A stretch of 64,000 bases of DNA from Marsupella aquatica (lineage: Eukaryota; Plantae; Marchantiophyta). The position numbers and the translations under genes are program-made. The stretch covers positions 1,674,860 through 1,738,859 of the forward strand of contig OZ316893.1 in NCBI GenBank assembly GCA_973895155.1, given 5' to 3'. This document shows positions 24,378-38,006 of this stretch, one piece after another. How positions within the stretch are numbered: the stretch's first letter is position 1; each line of letters opens with the position of its first letter. Under the pieces are notes generated by a model, which was given only the letters and a program-made list of their open reading frames with translations, was not told where the DNA came from and did not search any database.

Positions 24378-27300
24378 TGAGAATGCTTCATGAACAAAGA
24401 GTTAACACACTTAATACTTAATAGATGTTTCAGTCTTGCTATTTTCAAATGTGTTTCTCCTTTATTCACACTTGAGTACAAACTCAAATTTCATGCAAGT
24501 TCAGAATCTACTTTCTTTACGAATTGACCTATAGAGTATAAATCTCAAAATGCACTTGCACCCCGTGTGATAGGCAGCATATGTTTAGTGACTTAATGCC
24601 CTTGTTTATTTTTCTCTTTCATTGTAGTTTTTGGGGCATTCATGAACAAGAGTGCACAGCCAAGATTTAAATCAGGTTACTTTACTAAGATCAGTAAAAA
24701 TAAAAATCTCTTAGGCCTTTGTGTATTGAGGTCCTGTTACACACTTTTAAGGAAGGTCCTGTTACACAGAGCATTATGAGCACAAATAGCCCCTCAAAAC
24801 TCGAGCCCAAGCTCTTGTTTCTTGAGGCATTATGGCACACAATGCCCTGTGACTTTACTACATGCTAGATTCCCAACTTTCTAAAAAGTATACGCCACTT
24901 CTGGCAAGATTTTGCCTGCTAGGTTTTGTATCTTTCATTGGCCAGAATGTAACTGACTTACTTAAACGTAGGGACATCTAACTGTCAGAAATGATTATAG
25001 GAAAAGTATAAAAAATAGTCATGGCATGTTCTCCTTCACACAAGGTGACATTAGCCACACTGGCCAAAAAAACCTAAAACCTTTAAAACTAAGCTGGTCA
25101 TGGGCATTCTCTTCGATAAAGTTTAGGAATATAAAACTAGAAAACTCTTGCATGCACATCAGATTTCTGAGTGGCACTATTCACTAGAAACGAATCAACT
25201 TGCATAATTATGGAGTTTGGATTGGAAATAGATGGGAGCCAGAAACAGTCTCAATTGGATCTTTTCATATGCTCCAATGGGACGTCCCATGCCTTCAAGT
25301 ACCAGCAAAACACCATTCACCATGAGTGTTGAATGGTGACTGACACTTTTTTGGCTCCATCAATTATTTTCTTACATCCATCTTCAGAGTGGCAGAGCCT
25401 TTTTGTGATGCACTAGGGGCCTTAGAAATACTATTTGCCACTATTTCTCTGCCATTCAGTAAGCCAGTTCTGGACCTCCACCTTTCTTTTCCCTGCAAAA
25501 ACAAATCTGCCCACCCAGGCCCCCAACTTTTGGTGCATGCAAATAGTCTAGTCCCGTAGTGACGATCAGGTTCCCGCAATAAAAATAAATATATAGCTAC
25601 TGAAAGTTTCAGCTTCACAGACACAATTTAGGTAGTGTTTGCGATCACAAAATAACGATGTAGAGTGCATGTTTTAGGACTAATCTAAGCATTGTGATGG
25701 GTATGTATAGTATTGGTGACTGACTGAGAGAAATAAAGTGATGAGAGCTGAAAACACTCAACCCACATACAAGGCTGCATAACCAACACCGAGTACTAAC
25801 TGGTGAAGTAAACTGATGATCCAAGAGGGAGAGGGAGGTATTGTTTTTATTATAGAACACGGTGGAGAGTGAGAGCATGAATGACTTCACTTGGGGGGCT
25901 CAATGTTTCCACAGCTAAAATCATTGTCCATGTTAGGTCCGGTGTGGTTGCGCACAAAATTGGGCAGCCGACTTGGGGATTGTCTACAGCCTACCAACAA
26001 TCTTCTCCAAGCAGTGAGCCCCCCTCATTGTTGAAGACACCTATCTAAATGTAACACAGCTGACTTCACTAGTTCCCATAGATATCCCTCATACTAGAGA
26101 ATTGAAGCCCTCAATTCCATCTGTGAGCAATTTTACTAATGTGTGCATGTTTGTTTTTCAAAACTTAGACCTCCTCTTGACATGATCTAAAAACTGGAGC
26201 AAAATAAATGTGTCTTTTCAGGGAATTGCATTTATTATTTACTGACCTGACACATTTTGACTCAAGTATTTTAATTTGCATTTTAAATTTTTTAAAGAAA
26301 TGGCCATCAGCTTTGCTTCTATTATAAAGCCCCCCTAACCTTAGAATGTACTATATGAGCTAAAACTAGAGGTTCCCGGTGGTCCATGGGAATATGGGAT
26401 GACAAGTCTATTAATGAAGCATTTTGGCAACATGGTCCACCTAGGCTTCAATTTCCTCTAACACACTTTCCCAAAATGACGGAAAAAAATAGTTGACTGA
26501 AGTTCCAGTTGTGAAGCACGTAAATGTGCAGATCCTAGAATCTTAAGGGAATGTCTTAATGTCAACCGTCGATCTACAGATAAACGGTCGTCATAAGTCA
26601 ATACGCTCAAAGTCAATGGGCTCCTGTATGACCAACTCTGCGGGCAGATACGGGCAGCAACGGGCAGCACTGGGACTGGCGCCCAAAATGTACGGTCTGG
26701 GAGATGCTGCCCGCCTGCCAAGTCAGCATAATCGTACCGTCAGTGGGGACCAGACGTAACGTCAGTACGGAACGGACCGCTGCCAGTTTGGGACATTGAA
26801 TGCGGGCAGATAAATAAATATATAGGCTCCGACAATATTCCGTTAAAAAATGAATTCCTGTTCGGAAAAAGAAGACTGGAGTACTGGACTGTCATTTTAC
26901 GGGTTCAGTCTGGGCAATCGACGGCTGAAATTGAGTCTTGTAGTTCTCGTTTTACTCGTTCGAATATATTCACATGTTTTAGGGTCTTAGTTTAAGCCCG
27001 AATAGACCTCTAGGATTGTCAAAATGCTTCCATGTATTTTTGCAGCCTAGATTAATTGCATTTTAATCATAAGGCCACATAAAATATTCTTAATTAGTAC
27101 GTCTCAATTGTGTGGTTTTTGTCCAGAGGACCATAGTTCAACAATTATGTATAATTTCTTTAAACTATTACCTGCCTGGACTAGAAGGACTAACTGAAAG
27201 CAAATATGTTGCTAATTAATTCTAGTGCTTGGTAAGGTTAACTAGGGTGCAGCCCAACCATGGTTAAATTTTGTTGAGGTTAGACTAGTGAAGAGAAGGT

Positions 27301-27664
27301 ATAACCCTGGAGGAGCACTTCATTGTGCTCACACTAGAGATCAGATCAGTCTTAAGGAGTTGAAGACTTGAGAGTGAGAGTAACTCTCATAAAGCAGCTT
27401 GCAAGTTTGCTAGGCTAGCCCAATATATGGGGTTGTGCATAGTGATTTCTTCTCTTGCCGTGGACATAACCAAGATGGGCAAACCACTCATCTCTGTGCC
27501 AATGTCAATTGTATGTTGTACCTAGTTCCATATGCTATGCGATATTTCCCCAACTAAATAGACCTTTGAGTATGCTACAATGATTGATAGAGTTGTGCAG
27601 AACGGATGGATTGCATAGAATCCCTATTTTTGCTCATATAGTACATATACACAATGAGAGAAAT

Positions 27665-27990
27665 TGTGGGGAGAAATCAGATCAGGAAAAACACTCCAAA
27701 CATACACGTGCTCAATAGTTACGTGGTTCGCCTCAAGGTTGGCTACGTCCACGGGAAGACCAAGCTTTATTAACGGTTATGTGTCTACTCAAGTATCACC
27801 ATAGCTCTCATCTCTTCAAGCTCTCATCTCTTGTTATATCACTGTGTTCTCTCTTGAGAACTCTCTTGTGTGTGTTCTCACACCACATACAAGTTGAAGA
27901 GATAAGGATCAATATCTTCAACTAGGGTTTACTCTAACCCTAGTTAACATCCTAACCATAGTTCAACCCAAGACTGAGTTAACCTCTACA
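27665..27990 (-). mobile_element. Solo LTR (326 bp) of the young copia family at 43029-49057
   Basis: TGTGGGGAG...CCTCTACA; TSD GAAAT at 27660-27664 and 27991-27995; 7 substitutions by eye versus the 43029-43354 LTR. Confidence 0.97.
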
Positions 27991-28374
27991 GAAATGTCAT
28001 AACAAAACTAGGTAGTCATCTTTGGAAATTTGCAAATCTTTCAATGGAAGTTGACTGTATTAGATTCTTTGGAAGAATGTTTCTGTGAAATTGAAAAACA
28101 TCAGATTCCATTGGAGTATCAAAGGAGATACACAATGTCAAACTGAGTTGATCAAAAAAATTCCCACTTGCTAATTATGTTATTGGAGTTGTCTTCATGA
28201 ACACTAGAAATATTAGACATGGAAAAATTCTTGAATATCAAGATTGTTGAAAACATCTTGAACATGAGAAAGGGTGTCAATAAGTGAAGGTGTAAGGGGT
28301 GTTATAGTCCATGGGGGTTGCATGGTTCCAGGGCTTGGTCCATGTTAGCATCATTTTCCAGAAAGCACCTACTC

Positions 28375-29780
28375 AGTAGTTAATTAATTCTTCCCTTTTG
28401 AAATGTGTGTCCATCCAAGTCTTCACAAGTAACTTTAGTGCCTATGGGAGGTTTATTTTCTTTTATGTTCAATTCTCTCGTTAGAATACAAAAATGTTTT
28501 ACTAGTTTGGAAACTGACATCTTACGGTTTCGTAGGCCATCAGTTCATAATATCAACAGCCCAGATTGTACCCTTTGGGAAAAAGCCTGCCCTGCCCAGG
28601 CTATAAACCCCTACTCAAATAATTGCCCCCTATTGTATGAGAAGAGGTTTGAGTGCTTCCATTTCTAAAGGGGGGTGACAGAGTGCATCCAAGTCTTCAG
28701 AACTTTTTTGAAATGGAAGCTTTTCTTTCTCTTATTGTCAAATCTCCCGTTAAAATACAAAAAGATTTGTTTGGAAAGTATTTTATTCCTGGTGTGGGCA
28801 GGCAGTCAGGTGAGAATATCAACTGCCCAAGCTACCCTGTACGAGAACACCTGCCCTGCCCGGAGTAGAAGCCCTACTTGTTAGTTAATTAATCCTCTCT
28901 ATTTGAATGGGGAATCCACCCAACTCAAGTTTTCAGAACTAGCTCTTGAGTCTATGGAGCTTTTTTTTCTTTTAGTCTTCAATCTCTCATTAAACTTCAA
29001 ATACGACAAGATCTTGTTTGGAGTCTGTGCCCATAATATCAATGACCCAGATTCTACCCGTACGAAAAACCTTCCCTCTCCTGGCCCTGATTGAATCCTC
29101 TCTCTTTCCTGGTGCGGTCCCTGTCGGATCCATTGGGGCTCACCCTGGTCTGGGTTCCCTACCAAAAAATTGTCACATTGGGATGGGGAGAGAGTCTAAT
29201 TGTATTTACTCCCCATTTCCATTCAAGACAAAAAAAAAACCAAAACAATTTACTTGATGGACCCCATGAGTGATTCGTACCCTTGATAATCTTAAATCAG
29301 CGGTCCCAAAATCTCATTGGGCAGCATAGGGTCCATTAAACAACAATTCTCAAGTTAGGGGTCCATCTAGTGTCTCTCGTGAGGTTTGCATGTGTCCTTG
29401 CAAGTCTTCAGACTCAACCTTCGAGTCTATGGGAACGTTGTTTTGGATTATCTGGAAACTAACATTCATGCTCACAATTAACATCAACGGCCCAGATTCT
29501 ATCCATACGAGAAAACCTGCCCTGCCCAACCAAAAGCCCCTACTTACAAACTTAGAAGATTGAGTGTGTCCATGCGAGTCTTCAGAATCAACCTTCAAGT
29601 CTATGGGTGTTTGTTTTCCCTTTTTTTTAGACTAACATGCCACATCTCAGAACCAACCTTCAAGTCTATGGGTGTTAGTTTTCCCTTTTTTTTAGACTAA
29701 CATGCCAAATCTAATATCAACGGCCCAGATTCTACCCGTACGAGAAAACCTGCCCTGCCCGGGGCTAAAGCCCCTACTCA
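28375..29780. repeat. Degenerate tandem array (~220-270 bp unit) with a recent 66-bp-period internal duplication
   Basis: AA(T/C)ATCAA..CCCAGATT.TACCC...CCTGCCCTGCCC...GCCCCTACT motif at 28549, 28815, 29035, 29480 and 29713; near-perfect duplication at 29582-29642 and 29648-29707. Confidence 0.85.
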
Positions 29781-31110
29781 TTAAAGTCAGCACCATCCCG
29801 CGGGGAACGACATTCGGTTATCCGCGGGATTTTATGAGATCCTCGTAGAACCATCGGTCTGTGACCGGTGGACACTTGCGTCCGATGAGGGTGCCATTAT
29901 TGCAGTGGGTAAAACAACTAGAGTAGGCTGAGAGTGGAATTGCGGAAAGTGGATCGAGTGCGAGTCTATAGGGAGCAGAGCTCGAGCAAGAGCTGGAAAC
30001 AGAGGAGGCGATGGTGCCTGGAAATGTTCACGGAGCAGTAGAGAGGTGAGGTGAGGTGCGGCCAGCGATGGACGGTGAGCTGCAGCCAACGATTCGCTCT
30101 TCGTCGGTGGTCTTCGATTGCAGCAGCATTGTCAAGTCGTCGCACTTTCGGTAGGACTAGAGACCTTCTTCGTGGGGCCTGGTTTTGTGTTGTGTTGTGC
30201 GGCGCTCTCTGTTTGGAATCTCGGCCGAGAATGACGAGCTTTCGTTCCGCTTTCGGCGGATTTACAGCTGGAAGGGTTTCTAGAGCGGTTTGTGTTTTAA
30301 GTACTAGTCCGCAGCGCTCTCGGTGGAAATGGCTCGGTGTCCGGCATGCCCGGTAGGAGTGGGTTTGAGTTTTGAATGCCGGAGCTTGAAGACGGTATCC
30401 CGTTTCAATGTGAGGAGAGGGGATTATGCCTAGCACCGTTTCGTGTCTGGCTTGGTTTCGTTTCTGAGGTTTTGGGCTTTTATCAGCATGTTGGTAGCGT
30501 TTTGTTATCCGATCTACAGTTCGCAGTTTTGCCCGCTCCGTGTTTCCTGTTTCGATGCTTGGAGTGATGCATTTTCTATGTGGGTGATTGTCTCTCGCCT
30601 GAGCTAGGCCTGCCTTCCGCTCGATTGCACAGAAGTTGGAGAGAGTTCGTGGTAATGCTCGAGCTGTGCTTTTCTTTCGAGTGCAGGTTGCTGCTAGCTC
30701 GTTAGATTTCCTAGTTTGGCCTCGTCAGACTATCATCTTTGTCGTGGCAACCATCGTGGATTTCTTCCCTCGTCTATTCGATAGTCTTCCCCATTCTGCA
30801 TGACTTGGAGTGTATGAGATTCCTGCCCTTGCCATGGTCGAGCATACATTCTGATTACTGATTTGCTGCGTCTACCTTGTACAGGAAAATACATCTATCG
30901 AAGTCACTTGCTCTCTGATGAAACGGTGCTATTTTCGCTGTTGGAGCGAAGTACTTATGCGGCACCGGAGTCTGAATACATCTATTGAAGATGTGCAGAT
31001 TTACTGGGTGGTGAACCCTGCCATATAACTCGTACGCATTCTTGGAGCTGAGCTTGTTGGCACCTACCCCTGACAGAAGAGGCGGGGGGAGGCGACAGCC
31101 TCGAATCGGC

Positions 31111-33446
31111 ATGGACTCTCACCTGAAGGAGCTGTTCGGCCATTTCCAGCAGCAATTTGGTCTTGGGCCCGGCTTGGGCTCAGGTTCAGGTACCTCTCTG
31201 CTGAAAGTGGACGGTCTTAGCACAGCCTTCATCAAAGCTCTTTTTCGAGCTCTCGCAGCACTGCACCGATCCCAACCATGGAAGCGTTTGAAGTCCAACC
31301 ACCTGTTTGGTGTAAAGGTTGGGAAATCTCCAGATTGGACCGACGCTCGTCAGCCATTCGGGTGTGTACAATTTGCTGGCGGAGGAATGGCAGGCGATCT
31401 CGGACTTAACGTCTACCGCTCCGCATCAGACGCTACTACATATAATGGAAATAAGGGCCTAGCAAATATGAAATCTATTCCGCAGCGAGGGTTTTTGCGC
31501 ATCTGCTTCGGGCCAGAGGCAGAGCTTTCCCCTGGGAATCGAAAGATGATCAAGTCCCTTGGCTTAGAGATTGCAGGGCAGAGGGCATACCCCGCGCTGG
31601 ATTTAGTATTCTCCACCAAGGGAATCGCTGATGGATTCCCCTCATTTCGCAATCCAAATCTTGAGGAACTCCGATGGCTCTATGCTTGCATCCGTGCTTT
31701 GACACAAATTCATCCAACGCTCCAATTAGCAGAGGGTGCTTCCAATGTATTCGAGGAGACCTCACAGATGGTGGACGTGCCATTCCCGGCTGACGATTTG
31801 CGTGAGAAGTCTGTGACGGTGAGAGTGACATATCCTCCTAGAGATGAGAATGACGATCAGAATAACTCCCTTCCCAAGTTGTCGGAAACTTTGGACATCT
31901 CGTTAGAGCACACGGAGGTACCACGTCAGTGTGTGGTATGCGAGAAGGAAGTTGCTGCGGAACGGGCTCCGCGGTGCAGTCGTTGCAAGGCAGTGATTTA
32001 CTGTGGTCACGTTTGTCAGAAGCAGGACTGGAAGGAGGTGCATAAAGGCGTCTGCGAACTCTACAAGGTGAGTGTCTCCCGAGTTTTTAGTCGCTCCAAA
32101 ATGACTATGCTATCAGCAGACTGTGATTCGAAGCCCATTCACTCTCTCTATGATTGGGGTTCCACTCTGGATTGGCCTGAATCAGGCACTGTACTTTGTG
32201 CCGTCTCACTTGTGATGACTTGCGTCCTGTGAAAATTTCTTCTACCAAAGAAGAGATTTAGTGATATCTACAGAGGAAGGGTGTTTTCAATTCCACGTGA
32301 ATCTCACTTGGGAGTACTTTCAGTTCTGAACAATCCTAAACAGTACTTCAAAATATTTGTAATGACGGGGTTTCTTGTCGAGCACTGCTGCACTCTCGTC
32401 TTGCTGCCCACGTGAGGGTGAAAGCATTTGCCTGTGCACACGACTGGCAAACTCTGGAGATTTCCTTAATTGTTCAACTATTTGGACACAATAAAAAGGC
32501 GCGCTTCTTAAGAATTGTCTTGTTTTTGACACAGGCAATGATGGAGCGAGTAGACGAGCTGGAAATGAAGGGATTCACATTTCAACGCCTGAACGAACAG
32601 CCGTGTAAGTGGTTGGAAGGGGTAGGATTGCACGGGAAGGGTATGTGGAGACGCCTTTGTGGCTGCTTCAAGCATGTTCCATTCGGATTACTACCACCCC
32701 CTGAAGGAGGTGGTTGGGCTGGAGCATGGGGGGTGGAGCACGGCACCTATCCACCCGATGCACCTGTCCTAGACTTTGAGAAGAGCAATGGAACGAGTGT
32801 AGTCCTGCTCTCAGGGTGGGGAGAGTACTACAATCTCCGAGGATTGCCTATGTCTAGTCCGGTTGCTGCAATACTATCCTTCCCCCTGTCGATCTACAGC
32901 ATTATCACGTCGCTCTGTCTGTCGACGAAAAACATGCTATCTAAGGGTCGGGAGGTTGTGGTTCACTACCTGGGACCGGAGGGTGAGCTCGACTGGTTAC
33001 CAGCTTTCACCGAGCTAGCTTACCTTCTCAGTGGTTCAGGGAGCCTTCACATCGTCATGGTTGGTCCTGACGTTACAAGCTCCTTGTCTGGAGAAGTCAC
33101 TAGCCTTGGGAGGAAGTTGAAGGTGACTTTCGTACAGGGATTGTATCAGGAGGAGGCCAATGCATTGCAACCTGCGAATGTGGTGATAGCCCTGAATGTA
33201 GGACTAGACCGTTCAGAAACCTGGGCCGGTGCATTAGAGGTTTTGAGGTCTCAATCAGTGCCTGCTTTTTTCACGGATTACGCAGAGCCATGCTGCGTGA
33301 ACTCCAAACAGGTGTTGCGTGCCTCTGGACTACAAATCAGCCTCCCTGTTACCCCGAACCCTTTCCGCTCCCCTGTTCGAAACCAAATTCCGTCCACCAA
33401 TGTGCCTTGGTTCAGCAATGGCTTTGTATTCGGTGTCAACGGATGA
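31111..33446 (+). CDS. MYND zinc-finger protein (plant ZMYND15/MSS51-like), 2 exons, 622 aa
   Basis: Exon 31111-32067 (AAG|GTGAGT) and exon 32535-33446 (ACAG|GCA), phase 0. MYND finger CVVC...CSRCKAVIYCGHVCQKQDWKEVHKGVC; C-terminal VHYLGPEGEL, LHIVMVGP and PNPFRSP motifs of the ZMYND15/MSS51-like domain; N-terminus FQQQFGLGPGLGSGSGT. Confidence 0.9.
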
Positions 33447-36400
33447 GTGCGACCGTGATTGCTCTCTTTGTATATGCACGTATGCAATCTGCAAGCCCTT
33501 AGAGACATATTCTCCATTTTCGACATTTGTGACTTTCCGAGACGTCTCCATTCGAGTCGGGTGGTACCTCTGGATATGGGTTTACCAATTGCAGCTGGAT
33601 CCTCTGCTTGAAGATAGGATTTATTGGCTACATTGATCATAGTGTTCTCTCGATACAAATAGACAACGTAGTCAGCCCTCATCATGCAGATATAGCCCGC
33701 CTGAGTTTGACAATTATAATTTTAGTGAGGACCTGAGCTTTCATGTCCACCGTTTCTTCTTTTGAAGAATTCACTGGAAGGGCAAGTAATTGCAATGATT
33801 ACCTTCTCTTGCCTGTTTGATATTCTACAGTCCTCCATTCTTTCCCAGTGTAATAAATTTGAAGAGAAATTGCAATTTTCCTGCGCTTTGATCCATCTGT
33901 GTGAAGAACTGTGTCTGTGAATGAAGCGAATGACTCTGAACCCTTGCATCAAAGCAAGGGACCATTACATGTTTCGTTCTGTTTACAGGACTGTTTAACA
34001 TGACAAGAGGCCGATTTTCGAGACGTCTTCATTGAAGCTCTACTCTTCTGTGGTGTGCCCTTCTTTGATGCTCTGGGTTGTCCAGTTGATGTCTGTTTTT
34101 CAAATCTTGTACAAAGGTCCGTCAAGAGGGTGTCCTATACGTCAATGCAGGGGCCCCATAATTCGCCGCAGATAGGTGAATCAGCTTCCGACAATTGTGT
34201 GGACTTGTGGACGGAACCGGTCTTCCATCTAGTCACTCCCGGCTATGTTCACACAGGGTGTGCAGCTTGGATTGTATTGGTCTGGACAATTTACCTGGTG
34301 CCCACAGTGGTCACTCATCCCTTTGTCACTTCTTGGGACAGATACAACCACTACTGTGGGATATCATTCTTCCGTGTTCAGTACAAACGATATACTGTCG
34401 GGTGGCCAAAACTACAGTAGTTGTCGGAGCTTGCTGTCCTGTACAATGTGCATAAGGTTGTTAACCAAGATTACTCGGATTTTCTCGCAATTGGCAACAT
34501 CATCGCAGGTTTGCATTGCTTCTCCACCCAATTGCTTCAACAGTGTAGAACACCAAGAATTTTGATTGTTATTCCCGGGCAGGGGTCTCATGAGGGACAG
34601 TGGCAGTGTGGACTAATAAGACTCGAACTCTTTCCCAAAAGCCGAGGAGGCTGTTTTGAACGATGTTCAAGGACCTTTCTGACTTTAGTATCGGCTTGAT
34701 TAGCTTTCGATGCTTGGCATTTGCTTTTCGAACACATGGTTGGTAAAACTTATCACCACAGGATCCACTTTACGGTCATTTCACCCATTTTATTTTATTC
34801 ACGTGGATGGCGTTCGTATGGGAGACTTATTGACGGAGGAAAAGCAGGCATCGCGGAGGTGATGGCGCGTTCACTTTGAATCCCGAACGGTTGAACTATG
34901 GAAAGGGACCGGTGCCGATTCTGTAGCGGAGAATATTGTTACCATCGATCCAATAATGTGGCAAAGATAGGAGCAGGTCACGGTATGTGATCGTGGATGT
35001 TGAAGCTGACCCTTGCAGCTTGGTGGAGAAAAGAATCGACAGTTGCTCTCTCTGATCACATCGAAAGAAAGCCGGAAACACTGGTCTTTCCTTTCAAACT
35101 TACAGATCATATATTCCCTTTCTTTACTCTTCTGGAAAGTGAAAATCTGCAGAACTTGCTTTACCAAGTAGCATGGAAACTCTAGATCTGCGCTACATGG
35201 AAACATGGATGTTGAAAACTGTCAGGAGAGCATGAGCAGTATTGCAACCATGACGGCTCAATTCTAGCAAGTTCAAACACTGTGATCGAAGCACGTACTC
35301 AATTTGTGTAGGCCCACGGAATGATATACCTCTCGTTGTCTTTGGAACATGCATGGGTAGAACAAAATCTCCGAGAACGCATAAGCCAATTGAATCAGCG
35401 ACTGATGTTGAGGTCTGACGTTACTCGGCCCAACGAAACGAAGGTGAATTGCTGGAGGGCGGTGATATTTGAATGTCGAGCAAAGAAACCATATTAAGTG
35501 GATAGATTACCGCAAGAGTAATACCGGAGTGTTCCAAAGTGACGGGCGGTGACACATTGCTCAATTATTGACCGTGATAAATCATTCAACAGCAATTCCT
35601 ACGATCAGGTCTATCAACTCTCAGCATTTTTGCCGCTACTGGAGATGAACATGCACCTCCCAGAACGCTGAACGGAATTCGAACCCGTTGCTGTCACCCT
35701 AGATCTGAAACCTGTCACAGAGGTTTCTCACTTTAATGGTCCAGTTCAATGTGAGCGCCGTACATTAAGAACGAATTACCCATCAATTATCATATCTATG
35801 CTTCTGCAGAGAATTTAAAAGGTCTGTGAGACAGAAATCTAGCTAGATCCATAGATTTGATCCGCGCGCCGGTTTGCTAGTTTTCGCTGTCAGAATACTG
35901 GGATTGAAAGAGGGTAAAGATACGTCGCTGCAGTACGATTTGCAGACACCGGATGTTCAGTTACACAACTGAAGTACTGTATTAGGTGACCTTGTCGGGA
36001 ATTTTGTCAATGTTGACGGCGTGAGATCTAGACAATGGATTCACAGCCAGCTCTGCCCCTCGCCAAGAGTACACCGTCAGCGTCGTGCCGCGGTGCAGAA
36101 TCATTGTTTCTCGTGTGCGTTCAGTATTTTGTGCTTTGGCCTCTTACAGTGTTCCTCTTAACGGCAATTCCACTCTCGACCAAATTTTCTTCCCCACTTG
36201 AAGGTAATTGTGCTCTGTAAATTCTGAAGGCGGCACAATATATTTTTGTTTCTGATTCTTGATGAACATGATGTCATGTCTGTAGCTGATTCTTATTGCT
36301 GTCTCAGAAATTGACATGGAATAAGTACTGTACCTGCCTGAGTAAGCATGGTGAGAAATTCCTCTTCGGTCTCTCGCCATTAGTGTGATATGCCAACCTT

Positions 36401-37164
36401 AATTTCCTGGCAGACGTAAAGCGTCAATAAAATTATTCCCTGGAACGAAACACCTTGTATTTGTTTCAGCAGAACAGAAAAAAAGTTAAGAAGAACTGAT
36501 AGCGCGCTTTGTTCAACAGCCGGAGCAATCTTGCGTTAGAATAGAGGATTTCTACTGCTGTGCTGAATGTAACTGGACCTGGAAACGTCCAGACGCTCAC
36601 TGAGCTGAACGGTCGGTCCCGCCACTTTACTGTCACCATGGCGACGAGCTTGGCATATCCGCCACCTATTGAAAGATCGCTGGTCTTCGATTTGTTTTGA
36701 ACGAGTATTGATGGACTCTTGACTAATTATTGGCCATGCAGAAGATAGACTTGTTATTCTCTTTCGTTGTCTTCCGCGATAATATCAACCAAAGTGCTGA
36801 GAGAGACAAACCGGATGCAAACGGAACCGAAAGAACGGGATTCCAAGAAAAATAACTACCGTAATCAGAAAGTAGGAGGACGAATGTGGGGAAGTTATTC
36901 ATGACGTAACTCAATCGTCCTCGCTATCAGTGACCGCCACCGTGCGAGAAGACAAAAGCGAAAGATAAAGTGCGAATGATGCCAGCACTTTATCGATTCA
37001 TACCTCAATTGGCGAAGCTTGTGGCACCCACAGGTGGTCCATCAACAGCAACAGCCAACAATAATTGTCAATAAAGAAGAGAAGTATCACCAATCAACGG
37101 AGAAAAGTTTATAATAAGACATCGACCTAGTAGAGAAACTGATGATGGTGAAGAACAAGAAGAG

Positions 37165-37284
37165 GAGATCTACCCGTTTCGTAATTGAGGAAAAATCGGT
37201 CAAGGATACGTTTAGAAAAACTGCTTTGGGGGTCGTGAGACGAGATCTACCGTTTCGTGATTGAGGAAAATCGGGCAAGGATGC
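37165..37284. repeat. Short direct duplication (~45 bp, 77-bp period)
   Basis: GAGATCTACC(C)GTTTCGT(A/G)ATTGAGGAAAA(A)TCGG(T/G)CAAGGAT(A/G)CG occurs twice. Confidence 0.85.
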
Positions 37285-37888
37285 GAGTTACGGACACTGC
37301 TTCGGGGATCGTGCCTCCCGATCTTCATCACCATCGACTTGACGTCAGAATCACGAAGGCGAAGTCGGAAAATAATTGACCACCACGAAGCCGTGTGGGA
37401 AGGAGACTCCCCGATGAGAAAAGCATAAAACAATCACGTGAACAAACATGCTCACTGTCGATTCCGCTGGAAGCCTAATCTACATCCACAGGGCCTGGCG
37501 AGTAGAAATGCACAATTATTGCCTCCAACTACACCACGAGGGCGGAGGAGACGCACACTTAACAACGTGGATACTTGACTCTACAATTCTCGGTCAAGTT
37601 GTTTACTTTGAAGATGGCTAACGAAGCTTTTGCAGGCGAATAATATAACATATATAATAACAGGCATGGCGATTGAGTTTATCCCCATGTCCTACCGCCA
37701 CGCAAAGCCCAAGAGGCTTGCGGTCTGAACCAAGGGAAAACACCTTTATCTAGGACTCAGATTGGCATTGGAGCGATGCCCTGGGAGCAAGCTTGCATGG
37801 AGAGCATATCATTCAGTGCTAATAATTGATGCCAGGCAGCACAGATGTTAGTACGGGGTCCTTTTTGTAGGGGAAGTTCTGGTTTAAC

Positions 37889-38006
37889 AACAGCCCTTTT
37901 GAAGAAGAGGACAACAGGAACGGAGGTCAATTATGCTCCCTTTTGACCAGCAGCCCTTTTAGAAGAAGAGGAGAACAGCAACGGAGGCCCAATTATGCTC
38001 CCTTTC
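37889..38006. repeat. Short tandem duplication (~60 bp)
   Basis: CAGCCCTTTT(A)GAAGAAGAGGA(C/G)AACAG(G/C)AACGGAGG..CAATTATGCTCCCTTT occurs twice. Confidence 0.85.

Noticed and set aside
31042-31110. N-terminal extension of the MYND ORF from a TTG start, and read-through to 32232
   Set aside because: The conserved start is ATG 31111, preceded by an acceptor-like TGACAG. The sequence after 32067 is intron (GTGAGT donor).
13829-33446. CFAP144-like, VAPYRIN and MYND genes as a functional cluster
   Set aside because: Unrelated functions, separated by TE-rich spacers; nothing in the sequence indicates co-regulation.
35670-35695. GGGTTCGAATTCC (minus strand) as a tRNA T-arm or B-box
   Set aside because: No cloverleaf or matching A-box could be built around it.
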